Assembly: GCA_937921735.1 (NCBI GenBank) | Contig: CAKZTQ010000018.1 | Location: 1-47,815, forward strand | Source of the DNA: an uncultured archaeon | Lineage (GTDB): Archaea > Hadarchaeota > Hadarchaeia > Hadarchaeales > Hadarchaeaceae | Reading direction: 5' to 3' | DNA: 47,815 nt | Shown here: positions 1 to 8,381 of the stretch, in pieces | Position numbering within the stretch: the first letter of the stretch is position 1 | Layout of the letters: the number at the start of each line of letters is the position of its first letter | Notes under the pieces: model-generated | The model's input: only the letters and a program-made list of their open reading frames with translations | Told to the model about the DNA's origin: nothing | Database searches by the model: none | Made by a program: the position numbers and the translations under genes

Positions 1-734
1 TTCACCCTTTGGCCTAGCCCGAGCTCGAAGTCGAGCAAGTCCTCGACGTCGTTCCTGAGGAGGACGATCATCCCGAGCAGCCTCCCGTACCTAGCGAGCG
101 CCTCCACCTGCTCCTCGCTCCCCCCGCCCAGCATCGCCCCCACGCGCGTGCAGGCCTCGACGTCCGCCGCCTTCTTCCTCACCACCTCGAGGTACTCCTC
201 CGGCTTGACGTCGGTACGCCCCCGGAACCTCAGCTCCAGCGCCTCGCCGTCGAACATCTCGAAGTACAGCTCCTTCACCGCTCGAACTATGGCCAGCTTC
301 CTCTCGAGCGGCAGGTCCAGCCTCGCCAGACCCTCGAAGAGCTCCTGGAAACCCTTGAAGATCAGCGCGTCCCCGGCCATCAGGGAGAGGTCGACGCCGA
401 ACTTGCCCAAGACGGTCTGGCCCCATTCCTTCTCCTTCGTTTGATCTATGATGTCGTCGTGTATGTCCGTCGCGCCGCTAAGGAAGCTGAGCGCCCTACC
501 TATGGGCTCAGCGACCGAGGGGTCGCCGCCGACCGCTTCACAAGCTAGCGAGACGAGCGAGGGCCTCACGAGGTCGTGCCACTTCGACATGAAGTAGGTA
601 AGCGCCTCCTTCGCCTCGGAGCACTCGAGTCTCTCGGCCGCGACGCTCGCCTCGGCTTCCTTCACCGCCTTAGAGGCCCTTCCCTCGAAGAGCCTCCTAA
701 CCTCCTCCACCGCCCTCTCGTACTCGTCGCCCAT
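1..734 (-). CDS. Divergent polyprenyl synthetase / isoprenyl diphosphate synthase family protein (3' end runs off the window)
   Basis: Not in the ORF track; hand-translated from ATG at 734: MGDEYERAVEEVRRLFEG...HDLVRPSLVSLACEAVGG...TDIHDDIID...FGVDLSLMAGDALIFKGF...GEALEL...EYLEVVRKKAA...YGRLLGMIVLLRNDVEDL. First DDxxD motif, AGD motif and an NDxxD second motif. Confidence 0.85.
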   Translation of the reverse strand, partial: MGDEYERAVEEVRRLFEGRASKAVKEAEASVAAERLECSEAKEALTYFMSKWHDLVRPSLVSLACEAVGGDPSVAEPIGRALSFLSGATDIHDDIIDQTKEKEWGQTVLGKFGVDLSLMAGDALIFKGFQELFEGLARLDLPLERKLAIVRAVKELYFEMFDGEALELRFRGRTDVKPEEYLEVVRKKAADVEACTRVGAMLGGGSEEQVEALARYGRLLGMIVLLRNDVEDLLDFELGLGQRV

Positions 735-842
735 CTTTGCCCGCCCTTGACCTCTCCTCTCAGCCATAAGTATTTTGCCGCCGTTTGAGACGGCTGCCGT
801 CACGCCTTATAAATGACCGTCCCTCAAAGGCTCAGCGGGACC

Positions 843-1133
843 TTGAGGAAAACGGCGAACGTTCGCTACTACGTAATCTACGATTTCAAGGGGAAGGCCC
901 CTCGAAGCCATTACCGCCTGCGGAAGCGCCTAGAATCTTCGGGCTTGGCCAAGTGGGTCCAGTTCGGCGTGGCGATGGTCGAGCGGCTTGACATCGCCCT
1001 TCAAATAGCAAACCTTTCGCTCGACAAGGGGGCAAGGTCAAAATCATCCGTGGGATCGAGCGCTGTTAGGTGGCGAACGTTCGCCACCCAAAGCCATATA
1101 CTTGAGAGTGAGACCTTCATCGGGAGGGGATGA
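843..1133 (+). CDS. Small Cas2/VapD-like ferredoxin-fold protein, possibly frameshifted near its 3' end
   Basis: YYVIYDFKG...RLRKRLESSGLAKWVQFGV resembles the Cas2/VapD pattern hhhYD...L...G..xQxSV. Start could be 813 (ATG) or 843 (TTG). Confidence 0.5.
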   Translation: MRKTANVRYYVIYDFKGKAPRSHYRLRKRLESSGLAKWVQFGVAMVERLDIALQIANLSLDKGARSKSSVGSSAVRWRTFATQSHILESETFIGRG

Positions 1134-2110
1134 GGGAGGATATCGTACAACATCTTCGGTGCCCCAGCTGCGGGAGCCCGAACTTGAGCTACGAAGCCCG
1201 CGAGCGGAGAGGTCCAGAGATATGGCGCGGGTGGCTGCGCTGCGAGGGGTGCGCGGGCGATTATGAGATCATCGAGGGCATCCCAGTGCTCGAGGTCGCC
1301 CCGCCGAGGAGGGCCATGCCATGCGAGCGATGCGGGCGACGCGTCGAGGCCATCTTGGAGCCTTGGCCATCTTTCGTGGGGCTTAAGGGCGGGCTCGCGC
1401 TCTGCCCGCGCTGCGGCGAGGTCCTCGAGGAGCTGAAATGCGAGGAGCTGGCACCGGAGGAGGAGAACTACATCCGCAAGAAGTTCGTGGAGGAGGACTT
1501 CGCTGGAACGGCCTTCATGTACGAGTGGGGGAGGTTGATCGTCCCCACCCTCGTCTACGGCTTCTCGTATCGGGCGTTGGCTAGGGTCACGGCGAGGAGG
1601 ATGGGGACGGGGGCTGGGCTATTCCTCGACGTCGCCACCGGCACGGGGATGGTCGCGATCGAGCTGGGCAGGCTCGTCCCCCAGCGGCGAATATTCGGGG
1701 TGGACCTAGCCCTGGAGATGCTCAAAATAGGTAGGAGGAAAGCCGAGCGGAGAGGTTTGAAAAATCTCGCGTTCATCAAGGGAGATGCGGAGAGGCTGCC
1801 CTTCAGGGATCAAACCTTCGACGGCGTGACTTGCCAGGCATCCTTCAACTTGTTTCCCCAGCCCGAGGTGGCCCTAGCCGAGATGTGGAGGGTCATGAAG
1901 CGTGGCTCCAAGCTCGCGATGAGCGTCGTCTGCCTACCGCCAAGGCCGAACCCCCTGCTGAGGGCCTTCCTCTACGTGGGCGAGAAGGTGGGGCACCAAG
2001 CCAGGTTCTTCAGCGGCAGCGAGGTCCGGGAGATGCTCGGAAAACACGGCTTTAAGGAGATCGATGCCGAGTGGCACGGCGCGGCGATGTTGATCGAGGC
2101 GAAGAAATAA
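1130..2110 (+). CDS. Class I SAM-dependent methyltransferase (UbiE/MenG-like) with N-terminal Trm112-like Zn-binding domain and an extra CxxC...CxxC module
   Basis: LRCPSC...LRCEGC...YEIIEGIPVL (Trm112-like), then CERC...CPRC, LDVATGTG (motif I), GVD and GDAERLPF. Confidence 0.85.
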   Translation: MREDIVQHLRCPSCGSPNLSYEARERRGPEIWRGWLRCEGCAGDYEIIEGIPVLEVAPPRRAMPCERCGRRVEAILEPWPSFVGLKGGLALCPRCGEVLEELKCEELAPEEENYIRKKFVEEDFAGTAFMYEWGRLIVPTLVYGFSYRALARVTARRMGTGAGLFLDVATGTGMVAIELGRLVPQRRIFGVDLALEMLKIGRRKAERRGLKNLAFIKGDAERLPFRDQTFDGVTCQASFNLFPQPEVALAEMWRVMKRGSKLAMSVVCLPPRPNPLLRAFLYVGEKVGHQARFFSGSEVREMLGKHGFKEIDAEWHGAAMLIEAKK

Positions 2111-2111
2111 A

Positions 2112-2615
2112 TTACCCCGCGGCGCCCTCGTGCGACGTCCCGCGCCCAAGGACGATGGAGCCCGTCTCCTTCTCCGTCTTCAGCACGACCAGGGTGCGGG
2201 TGCTGCTCACGCCCGGGATCCTGTCGATCTCGTGCAGGAGCTCGTTGAGCCTGAGCGTGTCCTCGGTGATCAGCTTCACGAACAGATCGTGCTCCCCCGC
2301 CACCTCGTGGATCTCCAGCACCTCCGGATGCTCCGCCAGCTTCGCTATCACCTCCCCACAGGTTCCCGGCGAGGTAGAGATGCCTATGAACGCCTTCAGC
2401 TTCTTGCCGACCGACGAGGGCTCGACGACCGCCACGAACTTCTTGATAACCCCCGTTTCTACCAACCTCCTCACCCTCTTGTGGACGCCCGAAGAGCTTA
2501 TGCCCAAGCTCTCGGCCAACTGGGCGTAGGGCAGCTTCGCGTCCGCCTGGAGCAGGTCCAGCAATTTTCTATCGATTTCGTCCAGCTGCAAATCCTCCAC
2601 CGCCTCGGCGCCCAA
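2112..2615 (-). CDS. Lrp/AsnC family transcriptional regulator
   Basis: LDEIDRKLLDLLQADAK.PYAQLAESLGIS...VHKRVRRL...GVI HTH and RAM domain with VAGEHD. Confidence 0.95.
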   Translation of the reverse strand: MGAEAVEDLQLDEIDRKLLDLLQADAKLPYAQLAESLGISSSGVHKRVRRLVETGVIKKFVAVVEPSSVGKKLKAFIGISTSPGTCGEVIAKLAEHPEVLEIHEVAGEHDLFVKLITEDTLRLNELLHEIDRIPGVSSTRTLVVLKTEKETGSIVLGRGTSHEGAAG

Positions 2616-2741
2616 CCCTTGTCATTTTCCTCTCGTGAAAACTATTTATAGTTTTCGCAAAAATGATAAATAAAATTTCCAATTACCAAAATTTAGTAAA
2701 ATTTATATACCAGGAAGCGGATTTTTGCAAGGTGATCAGGG
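2616..2741. promoter_or_regulatory. AT-rich divergent promoter between lrp and the DUF1152-his operon
   Basis: AGTAAA-ATTTATATAC (BRE/TATA, 2695-2710) and AGGTGA RBS before ATG 2742; TATAAAG on the minus strand near 2644-2650. Confidence 0.7.
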
Positions 2742-3713
2742 ATGCCGAAGTCGCTGGAGGCGCTCGTGGACGAGTCGAGCTTCGCCTTGGTCATAGGGAT
2801 AGGCGGCGGTGGCGACGTCGTCGGCACGCTACCTACTTCGCGTTACCTCCGCTGGCTGGGCCTCAAGACCATGGTAGGCGGTCTCACCTGGGAACGATAC
2901 GTGGTCGACCCCGAGCCGGGCCCCAGACGGATGGACGAGATCGTAAACATCGAGCTCCTCTCGGAGACCGTCGGGCTGGCCGACGCGAGCACGAGGACGA
3001 AGAAGGGGATAAGGTTCACCGAGTCCATCGTCGCCGAGGTGCTCAACGAGAGGACCCTGCTTATAGACCCCAACCTGGGCGTGCAGGGCATCGCCTCGGG
3101 CCTGAGGCGGGCGATGAGGAAGCTCGGCGCCGACCTGTTCGTGGGCATAGACGTGGGGGGCGACGTGCTGGCGGAGGGCACCGAGCAAGGCCTGCACAGC
3201 ATGCTCGCGGACAGCATGATGCTCGCCGCCATGGTCAACCTCGACTCGCCGTCGGTGCTGGGTGTGCTGGGCTACGGGAGCGACGGCGAGCTTGGGTTCG
3301 AGAAGCTAAGCGAGAACATCTCCCGCGTGGCCAGCTATGGCGGCTTCCTAGGCGCCCGAGGCCTTACACCGGAAGACTTGACAATGCTGGACGAGGTCAT
3401 CGCCAAGACCAAGACGGAGGCGACGGCGCTCGCGGTGGCGGCTGCGAGGGGGAAGAGCGGCGAGGTGGAGATCAGGGGAGGCTACCGCAAGGTCCTTCTC
3501 ACCCCGGCGTCCGCGATCACCTTCTACTTCGACCCGCTGGTGGTGTTCGAGCGCATAAGCAAGGTGGCCAAGGAGCTCGTGCGGACGAAAAGCCTGGACG
3601 AGGCGCAGGAGGTGCTCGAGCGCCTAGGCGTGCCCAGCGAGCTCACCTTCGAGCGCAACTACGAGTGGAAGAAGTACGCCTCGAGCGACAGGCTCTACGG
3701 GGGTAACGGATGA
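2742..3713 (+). CDS. DUF1152 family protein
   Basis: GIGGGGDVV N-terminal motif and VGIDVGGDVLAEGTE.GL.S.LADS motif typical of DUF1152. Confidence 0.8.
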   Translation: MPKSLEALVDESSFALVIGIGGGGDVVGTLPTSRYLRWLGLKTMVGGLTWERYVVDPEPGPRRMDEIVNIELLSETVGLADASTRTKKGIRFTESIVAEVLNERTLLIDPNLGVQGIASGLRRAMRKLGADLFVGIDVGGDVLAEGTEQGLHSMLADSMMLAAMVNLDSPSVLGVLGYGSDGELGFEKLSENISRVASYGGFLGARGLTPEDLTMLDEVIAKTKTEATALAVAAARGKSGEVEIRGGYRKVLLTPASAITFYFDPLVVFERISKVAKELVRTKSLDEAQEVLERLGVPSELTFERNYEWKKYASSDRLYGGNG

Positions 3714-4366
3714 GGCGCATAGACCTGCACACGCACTCGCTGCTCAGCGACGGCGAGCTCCTGCCCAGCGAGCTCGCGCGCAGGGCGGAAAGGCTTGGCC
3801 ACGAGGCGATCGCGATAACCGACCACGTCGACCTCTCCAACATCGACCTAGTGGTGCCGAGGCTCGCGAAGGTCGCGGGGGAGCTCAACCGCTACCTTGA
3901 AGCCAGAGTGGTGCCCGGCGCTGAGCTCACGCACGTGCCGGTGAAAAGCATGCAAAGGCTGGTCAAGCTCGCTCGCAGGTTGGGTGCCGAGCTGGTGCTC
4001 GTACACGGCGAGACCATCGTCGAACCGGTCCACGAGGGCACCAACGACGCTGCCCTCGCGTGCTCGGACGTCGACATCCTCGCGCACCCCGGTTTCCTCA
4101 CGCCGGAGCAGGCGGACAAAGCTAGGGAGGCGGACATCTACCTCGAGCTCACCTCGAGGCGGGGGCATTGCATCGCCAACGGCTGGGTCGCGCGCATCGC
4201 GATGGAGAGCAGGGCGAAGTTGCTGGTGAACACGGACGCCCACTCGCCCGAGGAGCTGCTGACGCTCGAGGAGGCGATGAGGGTCGCGAAGGGTGCCGGC
4301 CTCGGCGAGGAGGCGGCCGCCAAAGCCGTCGGCGAAAACCCCAAGCAACTGCTGAGGAGATTGTGA
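3710..4366 (+). CDS. PHP-family histidinol-phosphate phosphatase-like protein
   Basis: DLHTHS..SDG, ITDH, AELTH, VHGET, LAHPG, NTDAH; ATGA-coupled within the his operon. Confidence 0.85.
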   Translation: MRRIDLHTHSLLSDGELLPSELARRAERLGHEAIAITDHVDLSNIDLVVPRLAKVAGELNRYLEARVVPGAELTHVPVKSMQRLVKLARRLGAELVLVHGETIVEPVHEGTNDAALACSDVDILAHPGFLTPEQADKAREADIYLELTSRRGHCIANGWVARIAMESRAKLLVNTDAHSPEELLTLEEAMRVAKGAGLGEEAAAKAVGENPKQLLRRL

Positions 4367-5457
4367 TGGGAGAAGGGCGATCGATGCTGTCCAGAAGGGT
4401 GAGCGAGGCATTGGCCGCGGGCATCTCCTACCCGCTCGCGGCGGAGTACGACGTCGGAGCGAGGGTCAAGCTCAGCTCCAACGAGAGCCCGCTCGGTCCC
4501 TCGCCCAAGGTGATCGAAGCTGTGAAGCGAGAAGCGAGGCGACTGAGCAGATACCCCGATCCGCAAGCTAAGGAGCTAAAGCTGGCGATCTCCGAATACC
4601 TAAAGGTGGACGTCGATTGCATAACCATCGGAAACGGCTCCGACGAGCTGTTGGATCTCGTCTGCAAGGCCTTCCTCGACCCAGGCGACCGAGCGGTGAT
4701 CCCGGTGCCCACGTTCGCGATGTACGAGATAGCCTGCCGCGTGAACGGGGGGGTGCCGAAGTTCGTGGAGCTCGAGGGCTTCGGGTGGGATGCCTCCGCG
4801 CTCGTCGATGCGCTGGCGAACGCCAAGCTGGCCTTCATCGGGAGGCCGAACAACCCCACGGGCAACGGCCCGAGCTCAAAGCAGGTGCGCAGGCTATTGG
4901 CGAGCGGCAAGCTCGTAGTGGTCGACGAGGCATACGCGGAGTTCGCGGGTTACACGCTAGCAGGCCTCGCGGCGAGAGAGGAGAACTTGCTCGTGCTCCG
5001 CACCTTTTCAAAGGCCTTCGGGCTCGCGGGCCTTCGAGTGGGGTACGCGATAGGCACGCCCGAAGTCGTCAAAGTCCTCGAGAGCATCAGGATGCCGTTC
5101 AACGTCAACCGCTTGGCCCAGGCCGCTGCGGTCGCGGCCCTACGCGACCTCCGCCATATGCGAAGGGTGGTCGCCCTGGTGCGGAGGGGTCGCGAGTACC
5201 TGCGCCGGGAGCTGTCGAAGCTCGGCTTGCGCGTCCTGCCGTCGGAGGCCAACTTCCTGATGGCGGACGTGAGGCCCATAGGTGCCAGCGCGCCTGAGCT
5301 CTGCAGGTTCCTAGCGGGGCGCGGCATCCTCATCAGGGATCTTTCCGGCTTCAGGGGCGCGGGCGAGGGCTACGTCAGGATAAGCGTGGGCACTCGCGAG
5401 GAGAACGAGCAATTGGTTGGGGGGATAAAACAATTCAAGGAGGTGGTTGGGCTATGA
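4366..5457 (+). CDS. hisC: Histidinol-phosphate aminotransferase
   Basis: KLSSNESPLGP, GNGSDE, PNNPTG, DEAY, RTFSKAFGLAGLRVGY. Start re-assigned to ATG 4366, which overlaps the previous stop (alternative 4384). Confidence 0.95.
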   Translation: MGEGRSMLSRRVSEALAAGISYPLAAEYDVGARVKLSSNESPLGPSPKVIEAVKREARRLSRYPDPQAKELKLAISEYLKVDVDCITIGNGSDELLDLVCKAFLDPGDRAVIPVPTFAMYEIACRVNGGVPKFVELEGFGWDASALVDALANAKLAFIGRPNNPTGNGPSSKQVRRLLASGKLVVVDEAYAEFAGYTLAGLAAREENLLVLRTFSKAFGLAGLRVGYAIGTPEVVKVLESIRMPFNVNRLAQAAAVAALRDLRHMRRVVALVRRGREYLRRELSKLGLRVLPSEANFLMADVRPIGASAPELCRFLAGRGILIRDLSGFRGAGEGYVRISVGTREENEQLVGGIKQFKEVVGL

Positions 5458-6311
5458 TAAAGATCGCCGTCCCCAAGGGACACTTGGAGGAACAGACCGT
5501 CCGACTGCTGGAGGACTCGGGCATAGGGGTGCTGGGCAGGGACGCGCGCCAGCTCTTCGCCCGCACTTACGACCCAGACATAGAGCTGGTGTTCGTAAGG
5601 GCTCAAGACATCGCCGACCTGGTGGCAAAGGGAGCGACCGACCTGGGCATCACCGGCTACGACCTCGTGCGCGAAAGCGGAAGCGACGTCGTGGAGCTCC
5701 TCGACCTCGGCTATGGCTCGACAAGGCTGGTGGTGGCGGCACACGAGAAGTCGGGCATAAAATCCGTCGAGGACATAAAGCCCGGCATGAGGGTGGCGAC
5801 GGAGTTCCCGAACGTCGCCAAGCAGTACTTCGCGGAGCAGGGGATAGCGGTCGAGGTGGTGCGCGTCACGGGCGCGGCGGAGATAACCCCGCTCATAGGC
5901 GTGGCCGACCTGATAGTCGACGTGACGAGCACGGGCACGACGCTCCGCACGCACGGCCTGCGCGTCGTCGGCACCATACTAGAGAGCACCGCGAGGCTGA
6001 TCGCGAACCCCCGAAGCCTGCAGGAGAAGAGGGCGAAGATCGAGGACATAGTGACAGCCATCGGAAGTGTCCTCAGGGCGAGGGGGAGGAAGTTGGTGTT
6101 GATGAACGTCCCGGAGGAGAAGCTGCCGGAGATCAAGCTGATAATGCCTGGCATGGCCGGCCCGACGGTCTCTAGGGTCGAGGCAGCAGAGCCGATGCTC
6201 GCGGTGCAGGCGGTCGTCGAGGAGAAGGACGTGTACGAGGTGGTGAAGCGGGCGAAGCGTGCGGGGGCGAGGGATATACTGGTCGTGCCCATCGAGCGGA
6301 TCCTCCCATGA
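5454..6311 (+). CDS. hisG: ATP phosphoribosyltransferase (long form)
   Basis: IAVPKGHL, RAQDI, DLGITGYD, DVTSTGTTL; C-terminal regulatory domain PG..GPTV...GARDILV. Confidence 0.97.
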   Translation: MIKIAVPKGHLEEQTVRLLEDSGIGVLGRDARQLFARTYDPDIELVFVRAQDIADLVAKGATDLGITGYDLVRESGSDVVELLDLGYGSTRLVVAAHEKSGIKSVEDIKPGMRVATEFPNVAKQYFAEQGIAVEVVRVTGAAEITPLIGVADLIVDVTSTGTTLRTHGLRVVGTILESTARLIANPRSLQEKRAKIEDIVTAIGSVLRARGRKLVLMNVPEEKLPEIKLIMPGMAGPTVSRVEAAEPMLAVQAVVEEKDVYEVVKRAKRAGARDILVVPIERILP

Positions 6312-6326
6312 AGGAGGCGAGCAAAA

Positions 6327-7037
6327 ATGCTGGTGATCCCGAGCGTGGACATCAGGAAGGGAAGGTGCGTTCAGCTCGTCGGGGGAAGGCCCGAGGGCGA
6401 GAGGGTCTACGGTAGCCCCGTGGAGATGGCCCAGAGGTGGGTAGCGGAGGGGGCCCGTTACCTGCACATCATCGACCTCGACGCCGCGATGGGCACTGGG
6501 GACAACTTTAACGTGGTGGCGGAGGTGCTCGCGAACGTCCACGTCGGCGCCCAAGTCGGGGGAGGGGTCAGGAACTTGGAGCGGGCCTGCGAGCTGCTCG
6601 GGATAGGGGCCGAAAGGGTCATCCTGAGCACCGCGGCCATAGAGAAACCGGAACTCGTTCGAGAGCTGGTGGAGCTTGCGGGGAGCGCTAGGGTTATGGC
6701 AGCCGTCGACGCCAAGGCGGGAAGGGCGGTGATAAGGGGCTGGACGACGCCGACGCGATTGACCGCCGTGGAGGCGGCGAGGGAGTTCGAGCGCATGGGG
6801 GTCGGCTCCCTGCTGTTCACCAACGTCGACGTCGAGGGGAGGATGGCCGGCGTGGACGCCGACGCCATCCGCCAAGTAGTGGAGGCCGTTGGCATACCCG
6901 TCTTCGCGGCCGGCGGAGTCGCGACGCTCGAGGACGTGCGAAGGGCGAAGGAAGCCGGGGCGGCGGGGTTGGTGATAGGGATGGCGCTCTACGAGGGCAG
7001 GCTTTCGCTCAAGCAGGCGATGGAGGTGGCTGAATGA
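6327..7037 (+). CDS. hisA: ProFAR isomerase
   Basis: IPSVDIRKGRCVQL, LHIIDLD, QVGGGVR, AGGV. Confidence 0.95.
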   Translation: MLVIPSVDIRKGRCVQLVGGRPEGERVYGSPVEMAQRWVAEGARYLHIIDLDAAMGTGDNFNVVAEVLANVHVGAQVGGGVRNLERACELLGIGAERVILSTAAIEKPELVRELVELAGSARVMAAVDAKAGRAVIRGWTTPTRLTAVEAAREFERMGVGSLLFTNVDVEGRMAGVDADAIRQVVEAVGIPVFAAGGVATLEDVRRAKEAGAAGLVIGMALYEGRLSLKQAMEVAE

Positions 7038-7609
7038 GGATGGGGGAAGTCCGGAGGAGAACCAAGGAGACGGACGTTAGGGTGAAGTTGAACTTGGACG
7101 GTTCTGGCGAGGCAAGGGTGGACACGGGTATCAAGTTCCTCGACCACCTGCTTGCCGCCCTGGCGAAGCATGGTTGCTTCGATCTCGAGGTGAGCGCGCG
7201 TGGCGACCTCGAACACCACGTCGCCGAGGACGTGATGATAGCACTTGGCTCCGCCCTGGAGAAGGCGCTGGGCGAAAAGACAGGCATACGCAGGACGGGC
7301 GACGCCGTTCTACCCATGGACGACGCGCTGGTGTTGGTGGCAGTGGACCTCAGCGGACGAGCGTACGCCGACATCGACGTCAAGTTCGCGAAGAAGCGGT
7401 TGGACGACCTGAGCTCGGACCTGATAGAACACCTACTCCAAACTCTAGCCGCGAACGGCAAGCTGAACCTCCACGCGCAGATCCTGCGCGGGCGGAACGA
7501 CCACCACAAGGCCGAGGCGATGTTCAAGGCCCTGGGCGTGGCGCTCGCGGAGGCCGCGAGCGAGGAGCCTAGGAGGCGAGGCGTGCCAAGCACGAAGGGG
7601 GTGCTGTAA
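7034..7609 (+). CDS. hisB: Imidazoleglycerol-phosphate dehydratase
   Basis: RRTKET, FLDHLL, HHVAED, PMDD, NDHHKAEAMFKA, PSTKG. Confidence 0.97.
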   Translation: MRMGEVRRRTKETDVRVKLNLDGSGEARVDTGIKFLDHLLAALAKHGCFDLEVSARGDLEHHVAEDVMIALGSALEKALGEKTGIRRTGDAVLPMDDALVLVAVDLSGRAYADIDVKFAKKRLDDLSSDLIEHLLQTLAANGKLNLHAQILRGRNDHHKAEAMFKALGVALAEAASEEPRRRGVPSTKGVL

Positions 7610-8368
7610 ATGCTGACGAAGCGGATAATACCATGCCTCGACGTCCTCAACGGACGCGTGGTCAAGGGTACGAGGTTCAAACAGCTTCAAGAGGCCGGCG
7701 ACCCAGCGGAGCTCGCTAAGCGGTACGACGAGCAGGGAGCGGACGAGGTGGTGTTCCTCGACATAGGGGCGTCGCCGGAGGGTAGGGAAGCGATGTACGG
7801 CGTAGTCGAGCGCACCGCCAAGCAGCTCTCCGTCCCCTTGACGGTCGGTGGAGGGATCCGTTCGCTCCAGCACATTGAGCGCATGCTCCGCTCCGGGGCA
7901 GACAAGGTGGCCATAAACACCGCCGCCGTCGAGGAGCCAGAGCTCGTGCGGGCGGCGGCACAGCGCTTCGGGAACCAATGCATAGTCGTGGCCATCGACG
8001 CCAAGCTGGTGGGACCAAAGAAATGGGAGGTCTATATCTACGGCGCCAGAAGGCCCACGGGCTTAGACGCGCTGCAGTGGGCGAGGAGGGTGGAGGAGCT
8101 CGGCGCCGGCGAGATCCTCCTGACAAGCATTGACGCCGACGGCACGCGCGCGGGCTACGACCTCGAGCTCACGCGCGCGGTGGCGGAGGCGGTGGACCTG
8201 CCGGTGATAGCCTCCGGCGGAGCGGGAAATCCGCAGCACATCTACGAGGTCCTCACCGAGGGCAAGGCGGATGCCGCGCTGGCCGCAGGCATCTTCCACT
8301 TTGGCCTCTACACGATCCAAGACGTCAAGCGCTACCTGCATGAGCGGGGGGTGCCGGTGCGGCTTTGA
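7610..8368 (+). CDS. hisF: Imidazole glycerol phosphate synthase cyclase subunit
   Basis: [39 protein letters not shown]. Confidence 0.98.
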   Translation: MLTKRIIPCLDVLNGRVVKGTRFKQLQEAGDPAELAKRYDEQGADEVVFLDIGASPEGREAMYGVVERTAKQLSVPLTVGGGIRSLQHIERMLRSGADKVAINTAAVEEPELVRAAAQRFGNQCIVVAIDAKLVGPKKWEVYIYGARRPTGLDALQWARRVEELGAGEILLTSIDADGTRAGYDLELTRAVAEAVDLPVIASGGAGNPQHIYEVLTEGKADAALAAGIFHFGLYTIQDVKRYLHERGVPVRL

Positions 8369-8381
8369 TGCGGCGGGAGCG

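Noticed and set aside
91-991. Short ORFs in the track (91-426, 148-444, 576-788, 785-991)
   Set aside because: Shadow frames of the prenyl-synthase-like gene and the Cas2-like ORF, with no family motifs.
785-1133. CRISPR-Cas locus suggested by the Cas2-like ORF
   Set aside because: No repeat-spacer array, cas1 or other cas genes seen in the window.
2663-3706. 347-aa alternative-frame ORF over DUF1152
   Set aside because: Arg/Gly-rich shadow ORF typical of GC-rich DNA. The same applies to 5447-6175, 5979-6875, 42949-44001 and 45273-46025.
4168-4365. Long N-terminal extensions given in the ORF track (hisC, hisD, moaB, HD, DUF362, AOR and others)
   Set aside because: They overlap upstream genes and lack homology; downstream starts with RBS or stop/start coupling fit better.
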